A stretch of DNA of 64,000 nt from Eukaryota sp. GEM-RC1 (GCA_040285855.1 JAUFOQ010000001.1:310001-374000); one strand, 5' to 3'; counted from the stretch's first letter, positions 1 through 12,429 are shown. Notes: generated from the sequence alone by a model not told the origin. Made by a program: numbers and translations.

Positions 1-625
1 AATGCGTAAGCGATAGACGAAGGAGACCGACTTTGACCTTTGGAAAGGAGAAAGATCCTTCAGAATCAGTGAGTGTTTGAAGTGAGAGTTCTCCATCGAG
101 GAGAAGAAGGACAGAGACGGAGGGTACAGGAAGATCGCTTCGACTATCAACTACCTTGCCAACTAGATCAGCGGAAGGAGTATGAGCAGCAACAAAGATA
201 ACAACTAGAAGAGTAAACGATAATATCCACAGACAAATCTCTAAAGGTGAACTAACAGAACTAGAAACAAACTCAAATAGGATGGCCGAAACTTTGGATG
301 AAAGTCAACTTTTACATCAATGGGGTCGACACCCAGCTGATATTTACGCTTTATATGCTCCAAAAAAAGAATTGGTTGCGGAGTTTCAGGATGCATTGCA
401 ATCGATTCGAAATTTGGATTTTGAATTCAAACAAAATAGCTTTACTGAATCAAAACAGTCAAACGAAAGAATCACTGGCAAATTAAACTGATGCTTGTTA
501 TAACTCTCAAATTCAGAAGAACAGTAGTAACCTCTATTCACTGAAAATTGCGGTAAATGAGATAGCAAAACATTGAAGAATGATTATAAATCATTTCCAC
601 ATAATTTGGAATCGGTTAGTAAGAT

Positions 626-2677
626 ATGGATATCGCCAATGCTCCAGTTGTTGACATCGACAACGATGTGAGAATCCAGGAAGCCAGAGAACGCTTTGCT
701 GTATATCAGGATCACCAACAACCCGATGCAGAAAGACACGAAGCCCTTCTATTTGCAGTCCAACGGAGTCTTCCAGAAGCACATTTACCAGCAGCAACGT
801 TGTTATTGGCCCAGAACCAACCAGATCGCCGTCTCGGAATGAAACACCTTTCCAGAGCTGTTTTCCAGGGAGATGACAACACGGTGTGTCAGTTCTTTCG
901 CGAATCTGTAATTCTTGATCGTTGTGAAGAACTTTGCTCCTTCCCTACATATCATTGTGACAAGCAAGCCTTGATTCGCAATTGTGATGACCCACTGACT
1001 CAGTGTTATTTCTGTTTGTCCATCATCGCCCACTTTCCGTACTTTGTACGTGATACTGATACTGCAACACGATTCCTGAGGAGAATTCGTCAACTGCTCC
1101 CAGTTCCGGTAGAATTCCCTGAGTTAGATTCTGTCTATGATAAACGTGTGCCGGATGAAGTCGTTTACAAAGCTGAAAAACACTTTACATCCTTTGTCAA
1201 CCATCGTATCCAGGTTTTGCGAGATCGAGTAATTCCCAATTATGGACAACAAGAAATCACCGACAGTGACGTTTGGCTGGTTTTACTGTGTGAAAGGTGT
1301 CATTTAACAACTAATGATGTTCCTGCCACATTGAAGAAAATGCGTGCTGACATTAATAACAGAATTCTTACACGTCGCCCTCCAAATTCCACCAACCTCC
1401 AAGACATCTTACTTCAATCGGCTCTTCATACTTCATTTAAAAATGTCGTTCATTTTATGTCTGATATCGTACCGGACCACTCAACTGTCAAGTATATTTT
1501 GGGCAAATGTATCTTGGATGGAGTTAATAGACCCTCTATGTGTAGAGCCGCAGCTGAACTTGGTTGTCCATTTGCCTTGATTACAACAAATGATGGCGTT
1601 GTTGTTGCACCTCAAATAAGACATACATACAACCTCTTCAATGTTGCTGAAATCTTTTTCAAACGCAAGATGTTCATGGAAGCTTTTCTCTTTGCTAAAG
1701 AAGGATGTGCTTATTTAAATTACTTGAATCCCAACACAAAAACTAGCTGCATTGATTTGTCTATGAAAGTGTATTTATGCGTTGGAAGATTTGACTTGGC
1801 GAGAAACTTGGTTGAGTTAAGTAACTCTGAAACAGCACAACAAGTTCAATTCTTAATTGACTCAAATGAATATTTCCAAACCATTGATGTCTTTCTATGG
1901 TTCAATATTTATCGACCTGATATTGCAACTGAAGCGAATCGTTATCTTACTGAAAAAGCAAGGGAACTGCACCCTGGTCGTTTTCCTTCAGTCCTCCATC
2001 TCCTTCAGCAAAAGAACAGCGTACGTATGGAGAAGTGGAATTACTGGATCAATCACCATGCTGAGTTTATCGATTCACAAGTTGCTGCTGTTGGTCAGAT
2101 TCTTGACATCAGTGAACGATTTTTGAACATTGATTCACCTATTTCTGAGCTCTTTCGTTGCCGATTATTGTCTACAATCAGTAACTCAACTGATCCCAAT
2201 GTAATCAACCTTTATGCTAAAATTCAACTTACAGGTGATGGATTTATCAGAAATTCCCTTTCAGTTATTGAAAATGACCATGTTCGAGAGGATCTTAGGA
2301 GCCAGGCTCGGAACAATGTCAGTATGTTGTATGTAGATCCTCCAGTTGCACCAGTTGTTGTAGATCCACCGGTTGTGCCAGATCCTCCAGTTGCACCAGT
2401 TGTTGTAGATCCACCGGTTGTGCCAGATCCTCCAGTTGCACCTGTTGTTGTAGATCCACCGGTTGTGCCAGATCCTCCAGTTGCACCAGTTGTTGTAGAT
2501 CCACCGGTTGTGCCAGTTGTTGTAGATCCACCAGTTGCACCAGAAGACATTCATCCGGTTGTTGTTACAGATCCAGGCAGTGACTCGGGATCAGATGCAG
2601 TCGCTCCCCGGCGTAGATTTTTGCACAAACTCTTTTGTGGTTGTGGTATAATTTCAGTATTATTTGTGTTATTGTAA
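626..2677 (+). CDS. Hypothetical 683-aa protein: helical-repeat-like (possibly Sel1/TPR) body, Pro/Val-rich repeat stalk, C-terminal hydrophobic tail
   Basis: Long uninterrupted ORF. Has Sel1-like snippets (HLSRAVFQGD, AAELGCPFA), (DPPVAPVVVDPPVVP)x4, and ends RRRFLHKLFCGCGIISVLFVLL*. Confidence 0.7.
   Translation: MDIANAPVVDIDNDVRIQEARERFAVYQDHQQPDAERHEALLFAVQRSLPEAHLPAATLLLAQNQPDRRLGMKHLSRAVFQGDDNTVCQFFRESVILDRCEELCSFPTYHCDKQALIRNCDDPLTQCYFCLSIIAHFPYFVRDTDTATRFLRRIRQLLPVPVEFPELDSVYDKRVPDEVVYKAEKHFTSFVNHRIQVLRDRVIPNYGQQEITDSDVWLVLLCERCHLTTNDVPATLKKMRADINNRILTRRPPNSTNLQDILLQSALHTSFKNVVHFMSDIVPDHSTVKYILGKCILDGVNRPSMCRAAAELGCPFALITTNDGVVVAPQIRHTYNLFNVAEIFFKRKMFMEAFLFAKEGCAYLNYLNPNTKTSCIDLSMKVYLCVGRFDLARNLVELSNSETAQQVQFLIDSNEYFQTIDVFLWFNIYRPDIATEANRYLTEKARELHPGRFPSVLHLLQQKNSVRMEKWNYWINHHAEFIDSQVAAVGQILDISERFLNIDSPISELFRCRLLSTISNSTDPNVINLYAKIQLTGDGFIRNSLSVIENDHVREDLRSQARNNVSMLYVDPPVAPVVVDPPVVPDPPVAPVVVDPPVVPDPPVAPVVVDPPVVPDPPVAPVVVDPPVVPVVVDPPVAPEDIHPVVVTDPGSDSGSDAVAPRRRFLHKLFCGCGIISVLFVLL
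2336..2542 (+). repeat. 45-bp coding tandem repeat, 4 full copies plus a partial one
   Basis: Unit gatcctccagttgcaccagttgttgtagatccaccggttgtgcca repeated almost perfectly. Confidence 0.95.
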
Positions 2678-4447
2678 TTTCACATTACGTTTTAATCCGT
2701 TTGATGTTTTGTAGAGCTTCATAATGTTATAAAGTTTTTTCTGGTTTCTTGTACCAGAACAGTAATACAAATATGATAATACAGTCTACCCTCCCAATAT
2801 GACCAGGTGTCGGACCAGACATATTGAGTGGACTTATTCGGAGGGTTTGGTTTTTATAGAATGAACAGCGATCGTCGATCGTTGATAACAATAAAACAAC
2901 AAGCTAAGACAACCGTGCGTCTATTGAAGGGATAATTGGAGCTGGATCTATCGCCAGTTAGGTGAACAGATGTTTGTGGAAAAACAAGGAGACATTGTAA
3001 CAATTTTTTGATGAATATGAACTGCTACAGAGAGTTTGACCACTGCTTTCAGCTTTTATCAACAGATAACAACAATAGAGAGAAAGTGTAAAGGCTAAGA
3101 TCCCCAAAGCAATGATCTTGTACAGGATTTCAGATCGCGATAAAAGGAAAGCAATAGCTTACAAAGCGCATATCTAGGGAGAGGATGAAGTTCTGTGACT
3201 CAAAACAAGCGGATATGCGATATTTTTGAAAAGATGTCCACCAACATTCAAGTAGGAGAGAACTGTGAACGTACGAGTGCACAATAGAATTTCTGGTGAT
3301 TGTGATGAAGGAAGAAGGCTGAAAAGGCGTTACTGAGGGGGAAGTGACTGTTTTTGAGAGAGCTTCTCTCTCAACACAATTTTCCTCCAAAGACAAGACC
3401 AAAACATTGTTTGACATGATCTAGAGTGGTTCGAGGGGGAGGAGATTATAAGGAATAAGATCTGACCAGAACACATGAGATTGTCTTAACCAAGTGGTAA
3501 TTAACAACACGTGAGCCATCAAAGATGTTGTAGCAAAAGGATATAGATATGTGAAGTCAAAAATGTGAGATTCGTTATGAAAACCATCAAAAACATGAAC
3601 GAAAGAGATCACGATAATGTTGACAACGAAGATACGAAAAAGGAAACATGTTTATTTGGAGCAAGAGAATCGGTTAAGGGAAGACAAAAAGTCGGACAGT
3701 GAAAATTTGGTCACATTGAGAGGGTAGTCTCAGTGATGCGAAAAAATTAATTTAATTATAATTAATTAATTCTAGCTAGAGCTGTCAAACGGTTCGGCTC
3801 AAGCCGCAAACCGAACGACTTGAGCCAAGTCATATCGAAATTTGTCTTGGCTTACTCAAATGGCTCAAGCCAAAGCCGAACCATGAACTTACTTTGAACA
3901 CTATAAATAGTAACTGAACAAGTTGATCGAGTTCATTACATACATTGATTCATAAGACGTACAAACAAACACAAAAAGTTATAGAAATACCGCTAGTGCA
4001 CTCATAATTGTGATCATTACTGATAAAATTCTTACCATTGTAGATTTACTGCTTCTTTCTCTCATGACTCTGAAAAATCACCAAGGAATTCTTACGTTTG
4101 CCATCACTGCCCCAGAGGGTCATGAGGTTATAGTGGAAGAAGATCAATTTCAAAGGTACATGAGTTTGTATTCAAACGATATTAAATCATGTCCTTGTAT
4201 AGTGGAAATTGCACAGTAAACAGTATCCTACTTTGGCAGAGATTTTCTGATCATTCTTGTAATTTCAATTCCCTGTGAAAGGGTTTTTTCTAATGTTAAA
4301 TAGTTCAGTTCAGTTCAAAAAGTGTGAACTGAACTGAACTAGTTCACTGACTACCATGAACTGAACTACATGAACTGAAGCAAATATACCATTGTTTCCA
4401 CAATAATGTACCTATGATCAAATCAACAGGTCATCAACAAGTACAAG

Positions 4448-6641
4448 CAGGGACTGTCAAAAATATATTGCACTTTTGCAATAATTGCAATACTGTGTAT
4501 TGTGTATTGCAATACTGTATTGCAGCCTCATTTTGTATTGCAATATATTGCAATAATTTCAATTTTGAACAATATTTTTAAACCAATTTTTTCTCTGTTA
4601 CTTGAAAGGAATTTAACACAGTATAGTGGTTTTTTTGTTGCTGTACAATTTGAAGTCCTTACTACTACTACAATGTAGCATCTGTCTAGATCTGACAAAC
4701 AAATGTAAATCTGATATCATTCGTCACATCATCTTACATGGCTCTTCCTTCTCGTCCCACTCGAGAACAGATGGCGAAAGCCTACTTTACTCCTATCTCC
4801 CGGGACTCAACTCAATCAGTGGAATTCTTTCAAAACTCTAAGATCAAAAATCCTGAAACAGCACAACTTTGGAAATGTGTCTGCGGAGTTCTGCGAACAA
4901 AGCAGCCCAACTCGGGTTGGACTAATCTCGCATCTCACGTTCCTGGGCAGCACACGGATTACATGATTGAAACATGGACCCTGCTTCGCCAAAAGGAGCA
5001 AAACTTGCCCATAGACAGAGTTTACACATCCGAAAAGTGTCGTAGATATTTCTCTTGGCTTGACTGGGTCATTACTGACGGCTTGCCGTTTAAAAATGAC
5101 TGTACTCTTGAATACACAAAGTTAAAACCGATTGCGTACAACACTTTTATGCAATGCTTTGACAACATGAAAGCCGTATTAGTGGCTGAAATCTCTGTAA
5201 AACTTGGATCCTGTTTTGGGTTAGTGATAGACTCTTGGCAACACCCAAATTCAAAACTACAATTCTTGGGCATTTTTGGTTCATGTGAACAACTAGAAAA
5301 ACCTGTTTTATTGAAATTTGTACCATTCAGTGCAGAAGAAGGGCGATCAGTTAACAGTGTATTGTTTGGAGCTGAAGACATTGCCAGAATAGTAGATGAA
5401 CTGCTTCTGGAATATAGCAAAGAAAGAAAAAATATTATATTTATTGTCGCTGATAATTGTTCTACAATGAAGGCACTGTCAAAACTTCTAAACTGTGGAT
5501 TCGTAGGTTGTGCCTCACACAGATTTCAGTTGGCTGTGACTGCCTTCATTCGGCCTTTGGATGCTTTATTGGATCGGGTAAACAGTGTGATGAAACTTCT
5601 CAGAGAACCGAAGCGAATTACCATTTTCCGTAATTACACAAAGTTAGCTCCAAAGCAACGTAATGTTACTAGATGGTATTCAACTCATGACATGTTAAAA
5701 AGATTCTTAGAACTTAAATTACCCATCGGTCAGATGCTCAATGAGGTTGAAGACGATGAACTGATTGATTTACTTCCAAGTTTCGCTGAAGAAACGAGGA
5801 TTACTCAATTAATGTATCATATGAAGGAATTACAATTTGTCAGTCTTCAATTGCAAAAGGAGAATTCTAATTTATTGGATGCTGAGCATTTGTTTAAATC
5901 AACAATGCTCGTATTTTGCCAATATAATGCAAATCGAGAGATGAAAAATCAGCTTGTGTATCCCGCAGTAGATGCTCCACGATGTCCACCCAATCAATTC
6001 ATCTTCGAATCAGCAGTGCTGAAAATCTTGAAGAATGAAGGGTTGAGTCTTTCAGATGAGGAAGAAATTATGGTTAAGTGTTTTAAAGAACATGAAATTG
6101 AAATAGTTGCTGGTCAATCTCGATTGTCGTCATCTTTAGATGGTGAAGTAATCGTAAATAATGTGAGTAGTGATAGTGATGATGATGGAGAGGAAGAAAT
6201 TGACGAACGACCTGGACCTGTTTCCTCTGTTCAAGATGTCTTTACTCGAATGAGAGGTGAAACAGTAGGTTACTGCAATTTAAAGTTCATCCCAGCAACT
6301 TCAAATGTTGTAGAACGACTGTTCAGTAAAGCTCGAATGGCGCAAGGGTTGTCACGACACAACTTATCTGATCGAAGACTGGCCAATCAACTATTTCTTT
6401 CTGTGAACAGAGAGTTTTGGGACATTAGTTTGGTTCGCAAGATGGTTAATCAGAAACTAGTCAACTTGGATGATGCCTAGTGATGATGTTATGAGTTATT
6501 GATGGAATTAGTACAATAAATAATTTACTCAACAATATTTATATTGCTTCCAATTATTGCAATATATTGCAGTATTGCAATACTGTATTGCAAATCTTTT
6601 TGACCCTGTAATATATTGCAATATATTTTTGACAGTCCCTG
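4448..6641 (+). mobile_element. Apparently intact autonomous hAT transposon, innermost layer 4 (2194 bp)
   Basis: Perfect 25-bp TIR cagggactgtcaaaaatatattgca. Perfect TSD agtacaag (4440-4447, 6642-6649). tattgcaa subterminal repeats. Uninterrupted transposase ORF. Confidence 0.95.
4738..6480 (+). CDS. hAT-superfamily DDE transposase (580 aa)
   Basis: BED-like WKCVCG...NLASH, LVIDSW (D1), IVADN (D2), GCASH (CxxH), TRW, PATSNVVERLFS (E, dimerisation region). Confidence 0.9.
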   Translation: MALPSRPTREQMAKAYFTPISRDSTQSVEFFQNSKIKNPETAQLWKCVCGVLRTKQPNSGWTNLASHVPGQHTDYMIETWTLLRQKEQNLPIDRVYTSEKCRRYFSWLDWVITDGLPFKNDCTLEYTKLKPIAYNTFMQCFDNMKAVLVAEISVKLGSCFGLVIDSWQHPNSKLQFLGIFGSCEQLEKPVLLKFVPFSAEEGRSVNSVLFGAEDIARIVDELLLEYSKERKNIIFIVADNCSTMKALSKLLNCGFVGCASHRFQLAVTAFIRPLDALLDRVNSVMKLLREPKRITIFRNYTKLAPKQRNVTRWYSTHDMLKRFLELKLPIGQMLNEVEDDELIDLLPSFAEETRITQLMYHMKELQFVSLQLQKENSNLLDAEHLFKSTMLVFCQYNANREMKNQLVYPAVDAPRCPPNQFIFESAVLKILKNEGLSLSDEEEIMVKCFKEHEIEIVAGQSRLSSSLDGEVIVNNVSSDSDDDGEEEIDERPGPVSSVQDVFTRMRGETVGYCNLKFIPATSNVVERLFSKARMAQGLSRHNLSDRRLANQLFLSVNREFWDISLVRKMVNQKLVNLDDA

Positions 6642-6704
6642 AGTACAAGTAGTACTCAATCGTTGCAAAATTTAATAAAACTTTATGTGCAAAACATATT
6701 CTAA

Positions 6705-8209
6705 TTAGACATCAGTAATTAACCGCGAGTGCAAGCAAACAAGCGGTTGAACTGAATCCTCACTTAACCGGGGTCTTTTTTTTACATGCAATCAGTCTTG
6801 CAAGTGAAAACAAACGCTCAGACGCAACACTACTGGCTTGAATTGTTGCATTTCTCCAAAATAGCGTTGACAATCTAGGGTAAGCGTTGTGATTTAAGGA
6901 CCATAGTGTAAAGGATTGGATGAAACATCACAAGTTGCTTCTGTGATATACTTGTTCAACTCCGCTAACACTTGTGTTCTACGACCTTCTTCTTCCACTC
7001 TCGGTTCTTCGCTGAATACTCTTTCTCTATCCCCTTGATGTCTTCGCTTGGATCCTGCCAGTGATGCAAACAAATCATCTTTCTTAACAATTTCCGGAAC
7101 TGTTTCATAAACAGCTTCAATCTTCATCAATTTCTCGATAAGATTCTTGTCATGTTCATCAGTTTGAAGTTCTCTTGGCATCAAACTCTTCTTCATACAT
7201 GGATCAAGTAACGTCATTGTAAAAGAAGTGTCGTAACAAAATAAAGGTTCATACTTCTTCAACTTTGGTGATTTCAAAATCATCGACAACATCCATAATT
7301 TCTGCAGCAACAACTTCTTTTGTATGACGATGGGTCAATTTCTTCATATCCAGAGCAAGCGACAATTATTTCAGAATTTTTGATGACGTGAGCTGTAATT
7401 CCTCAAAAACTGGAAGTTGCGATGGAAGTCCAAATGTCGGCAGTCAATGATATTTGATCAGCAGATTTCAACATTTCCTTGAGGGCATTTTGCTTCTTTT
7501 TAAACAGTTTCTTGACGTTTTCGGAAACCGTTTGACGACACATGACCTTGTATTCCCAATTTAACGAAGATAATAAATACCTACAATCGGGATCTTCGAC
7601 AACAGAAAAAGCAAGTTGTCTTTTGACAATGAATCGGATGAGAGATTCACCCCGTTCGTTTTGCAGGCGTATTTTCTGCTGCGCAGGTGACTCCATCAAC
7701 TGCTCCAAGGTAGGCTGTCTATCGTTCAATCGAGCATCCTTATTGTCCCAATTGGGTCCAATGCATTTTGCTAGATGCCGCGCAATATTAGTAGTGGAAG
7801 TGGGGAACTTATTGGATGGACTGAACCAATTTGTTTTTCGGCAGTTGGCACAAGTTTTTCCGAGTCCTGACGGTTTGTTGACAATGAAATCCCACACAGA
7901 AGATCGTCTTGAGGGGCTGGTTGGGGACAAGCTTTCGGCTACATTATTATCAGTGCTCATGACAGAAGATTGAGACTGATGTACTGATGAGAGATTTGAG
8001 GCTATACTACTGGCATTTGGTAATGAAGAGGATTGAGACTGAGGTGGAGACAAGATATTTGTGCATTGAGACTGAGGTGGAGACAAGAAATTTGTGGCTA
8101 TAGTATTGTCGATTGGTAATGAAGCATATTGAGGAGAATTGGGACACTCATCATCTGATATATCAAGGCAACATGGTTCACTATCAGAAGATGAAAAGAT
8201 GCTTGACAT
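6705..8209 (-). pseudogene. hAT transposase pseudogene of layer 3
   Basis: BED finger (SSVWDF...CANC...TTNIARHLAKC) and ISLTADIWTS. Most of the catalytic core is deleted. Frameshifted C-terminus YPRLS...ASSVASERLFS. Confidence 0.85.
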
Positions 8210-10377
8210 TGGCAGTACAGTAGTTGGAGAATTACGATAGTTGAATTTGATCTTTAAACACTTGTGTTCTTACGCGGCTTTTACATGTAGTTGACCCTTA
8301 CATAACATTAGCGGAATACTTCATCCTACATTGCTTATAAGTGGCGAAAAAGTGCATTTATGTAGTAATAAGAAATGGAATATAATGTAAGTTCATTTAG
8401 TTCAGTTCAGTTCATGGAAGTGTGAACTGAACTGAACTAGTTCACGGCTGAACTGAACTGAAGGAATTAGCATTCCTAGTTTTTTCTGTTGTTGACCATT
8501 TCAAGTGCAAAAATATCATCACTTGACGACAAATCCTCAACTTCGTTAATGCTTAAAGGATTGGATCAATTATGGATATGAAATAGTACAGTAGTAGTGA
8601 TGACGAAAACGATGAATCTGCTCATTCTTTAGATTCACAAGACATCAAGGCATTCATCAACCTTTGTATTAAAACGACAGTAGTTTGAGATGAGTTTCAT
8701 CAATAAAAACAATTACAAAATATTTGTTTAAAATATCGACTTGGCTCGGCTTCAAGTCGACTTATCACTTTGGTGCGGCTTACTCAAATGGCTCAAGCCA
8801 AAGCCGAACCAGTTTGTAATTTTACAAGCCAAACCATTCGGCTCAAGCCGTTGACAGCTCTAATTCTAGCCGCATAGAATTACAGTATAATTAATTAATT
8901 GTTTCAACTTAGATTTAAAACTATTTAACGCAAATTAGGAGAATTAATTATATAATTTCTTGTCAGCCACATTATGTGATCTTCCCCAATAATCGACAAG
9001 AAGGCATTGTTCATTTTTACATGTGTCGGATCCTGATCATGTTGTGCATATGAGAACCTTACAAGTACATGTTTTGGTAGTGTAAAAGTGGCAATATTCA
9101 AAAATAGACTGCTAAAGATCAGCAAACGCACGATATCGTCAAAAGATTTTTAGTGACTGAGATTCAAAACGTAAAAACTCCACAACTGGCCAATAGAATT
9201 GACTGTTGGTTCATTATAATCGTAATAGCATCTAGGGTAACCAAGAGAATCTGTGAGTTCTCTAACGAAGCAATTGTCCCATCTCTAGAACACTAGATTT
9301 TTGGTACTTTGATGTACTCAAACTAATTGTGACCCAGAACTCTCATGAGACAACGATACCGAATTCAGTACAATTGACTACAGATGAGAAGAATTAATTG
9401 TGGCACCGTAGAATTAAACTTAATCAATTGTAGTCCGCAGGAATTAAAATTAATTAATTGAGGGTGTCAAGAATTAATAATTTAAATTAAATTAATTTCT
9501 TCGCATCACTAGGTAGACTGTATGTACTAGATCACTAATAAACCTGGATAAATATGATATAATATTGAATTTTAACTACAATGACATTTCAATACTTTGT
9601 AGAGACAATGAAGGAAGAAAACTACGCTCATTTATCAAATGCCGAATTACATACAGTCTGTGATGCAGTTGTCGTTAGATTTTGGACAGTGGATGTTGCA
9701 CATGTCTAGGTTGTCTCCTAGTTTCATTGTGACCAGAATCGATTCCTATTGCAACATCACTATATTTGTCGGCTTGCCCAATATTGGTATCTCACAGAAA
9801 TGAGAAGAAGAAAAGAATAAGATTCGCTATCAATAATCTTCTTACGCCAAGGAGAGAACCACAAATAGCATCGGTGAGAGGCTTGAGAGAACTTAGCAGC
9901 GATGTAGAATTGCTCAACAGAGGGCAAAAGTTAAGAGGCGGACAAACCATATTTGTACAGAATTTGATGGTGGAAGAACACAAGAAAGTCAACTGATTTG
10001 AAGAATCAGTCTTTGATATACTCTGAGTTAACAGCCTTGAAGGTGTTTCCAAGATACATGCTGGCTCTTCTGTGAAGACATGTCTTCAACGCTGACGTTG
10101 GTGGTGATAGCTCCTGCAACGCTGTGAAGTATTCCTTCTCTATCCTATTTCAACGTCTTAATACACTTGTGCTTCTTATAATGTTACTTCTTTGATCAAA
10201 ATGTCTTCCAAGGATGGCTTTGAGTTCTAAGCCTGTTCAATAAGTACGCTTTAGGGCAGTGTAAGTCCGTCCTCCATGGAATGTTCTTTATTTTGCATAT
10301 GGCAATCGCTCTCAAATATATAGCACAAGTTGAACATTTTGGTTCCGTTATTCGACTGTAAAACGGGTTAATTTTTT

Positions 10378-12204
10378 GGGTAAAATTCTTTTATACTCAT
10401 TTCACAAATCATTATTTCACACATACTCAAATTGAAATCAAAAATTCAAAACATACTCAAACTATACTCAGTCAATTTGCACACGAAACTCTGCCTTTTT
10501 ACTATTATTTTATTTTTGTTTGTTAGATAACCACTTATATCATCTACTACATGTACTTGTTTGGGCATGACCTCATATGACATTTCTTCTTACAAACACT
10601 ACATCCATATCTTCCTTGACCCTTCTTGATCTCCGGCTCTCCGTAACTCGTGATCCTTCTTGATTTTTGGTCTTACTCTTCCACGCTTTTCCATTGGAGG
10701 TTCTACAGGTTGTTCGAACTCCCTGCAATTCAATTCCAGACCTTTCTAGCTCTTACAGGTGGCAATAAGTTACTATAGCATTTGAGCAAAGTATATTGAA
10801 GAAATTCTTCACCAATAAAGTTTTCTAATGGTACTTTCAGAGCAGTAGCAACAGCAACGGAGTGGATACATGGAACTTTGTTCTCCTGCCACTCTCCACA
10901 GGAACAACTTCTGCTGGACAAGTTAATTATAGCCGCATTTGCCCCTTGTACTTCAAACTGTTGGTGGTTTGCTGCAACAACCTAAAAAGCTGCTGCTTTT
11001 GGTAGTTACGCTCTTACATCATCTGCACCTTTTTTAACCACATTGGGCATTTTCTTAGCTTTGTCCAGTCCTTGACTCATTTTGACCAAAGTTGTCTTCC
11101 GTATTGCCTCCAATAAAATGATTACATTCTCACCTCTTTCCAATTTGATAGAATTATTAAAGGACTCACTCAAATTGTTAGTAACATGACCATAACTCGT
11201 TTTTGGGAATTGTATACAAGTCCAAAATCCTTCATCAATGTCAGACAACCATTCAAAAGCGTCAGCATTCCATTCTGCAATGGCATTCAATGCATTATTA
11301 AATTGATTTTGATTGTAACAACGTCCTGTATAGTCAATCAAATGAGGGAGCATTTTTCCACCTCTAAATTTTGTCTCAAAGATCTTTTCAAATGGACGAG
11401 ACAGAAACTATGTGGTACATCTTCACCAAATACATTCATTGCTACTTTTATCAATCTTTTCAATGATCCTATTATCTCTCTGGAAATCGAAGCAGGAAAA
11501 TTTTTCCAGGACACTGTACGAAGCCACCTATTGCGATTAGCTTCTTGTAGTGTCTGTAGCATTCCACTAGTTCTTTAAAGCAAATAAACACCCTAAAAAA
11601 TTTTCCTGCTTCGATTTCCAGACGGATAATAGGATCATTGTATGAGTGGCGCAGTTCATGAACGTGTGAGTTCAGTTCAGAAGAGGATTCTTCACAAGTA
11701 CCATACAAATCGGTCTTAATGATTTTCTGGGCTCTGTAAGCATTTTGGTAATTGACAGAAAGACCGTTAGAAGCTACAAAAGTTTTAATTGTAGAGGCAC
11801 TTGTTTGTAAATTCCGTTGGATGGCTGTTCTTACAGGAGTTATAGTGGCTATTTCTGATGCTGTTAACGAAGAATGAGGTGGTCTTAACCCAGAGCAGCT
11901 GTGATCAAGAGTCAGGGAGCGTATCATAAAGATAGAGTCAGCTTTAAGAGCATAAGCGGAAAGTTTCCAAGAACACCCATCTTGGCATCGTACATTGTAG
12001 CGCTTAGGGGTGCTCTGTGTGGTTCTAACGCTACACTTTTGAATTAAGTATTGTTCCTGTGTAGCTTCGTTTTAAGAGACCTTTGGATGAAAAGGTAGCT
12101 CCTTGTGTGCGTGTCATTATAGTGTAAAACCTGTCATGAATTTTTGTTTCATTTTGAGTATGTGCGAATTATTGATTTGGGAAATGAGTATTTGACATTA
12201 ATCC
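10378..12204 (-). mobile_element. MULE (Mutator/MuDR) DNA transposon, defective
   Basis: 9-bp TSD taatttttt (10369-10377, 12205-12213). ~70-bp imperfect TIRs (atactcatttc.caaatca..a.ttc.cacatactcaaa). Transposase fragments: LDHSC, YQNAYRA, HSFCLVHL, TNNLSESFN, SWIM finger CSCGEWQENKVPCIH, and a C-terminal Cys/His knuckle. Confidence 0.88.
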
Positions 12205-12429
12205 TAATTTTTTATACTCAAATACTCGATCTTGATAACACTTCTATATTTAAGACAATATACTGATAAATAAATGTGCTTGAAAAATGTACTTTCGATG
12301 TTGTGTCGTTCAAAATAGTCAATTGATGCAAATTGTGCAGTGTCGGTCTCATTCAGTATTTTGGTTCTAAACAGTCTAGACTAAATACGATAAATCCGTA
12401 GGCTACTTGCTGCCTTTTGTGAAGTTGTA

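Larger units (their letters stand above)
4291..8478 (-). mobile_element. Defective hAT element, layer 3
   Basis: Perfect TSD gttttttc (4283-4290, 8479-8486). Right end reads taggaatgctaa on the minus strand; left end is degraded (taatgttaa). gaact/agttc subterminal arrays at both ends. Broken transposase on the minus strand. Confidence 0.8.
3777..8862 (+). mobile_element. Internally deleted hAT element, layer 2
   Basis: TIR tagagctgtcaa / ttgacagctcta. Perfect TSD attctagc (3769-3776, 8863-8870). ggctcaagcc subterminal repeats. Relic dimerisation-domain sequence (YPTLA...SIPCERVF) is split by layer 3. Confidence 0.9.
3731..9511. mobile_element. Non-autonomous hAT-type element, outermost layer of the nest (~0.7 kb of own sequence)
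   Basis: TIRs cagtgatgcgaaaaaattaatttaatt / aattaaattaatttcttcgcatcacta. 8-bp TSD ggtagtct (3723-3730) / ggtagact (9512-9519), 1 mismatch. AATTAATT subterminal repeats. Confidence 0.8.

Noticed and set aside
2224..2554. Minus-strand repeat ORFs (GGSTTT, WIYNN, QLVDLQ)
   Set aside because: Shadow frames of the 45-bp repeat in the plus-strand gene.
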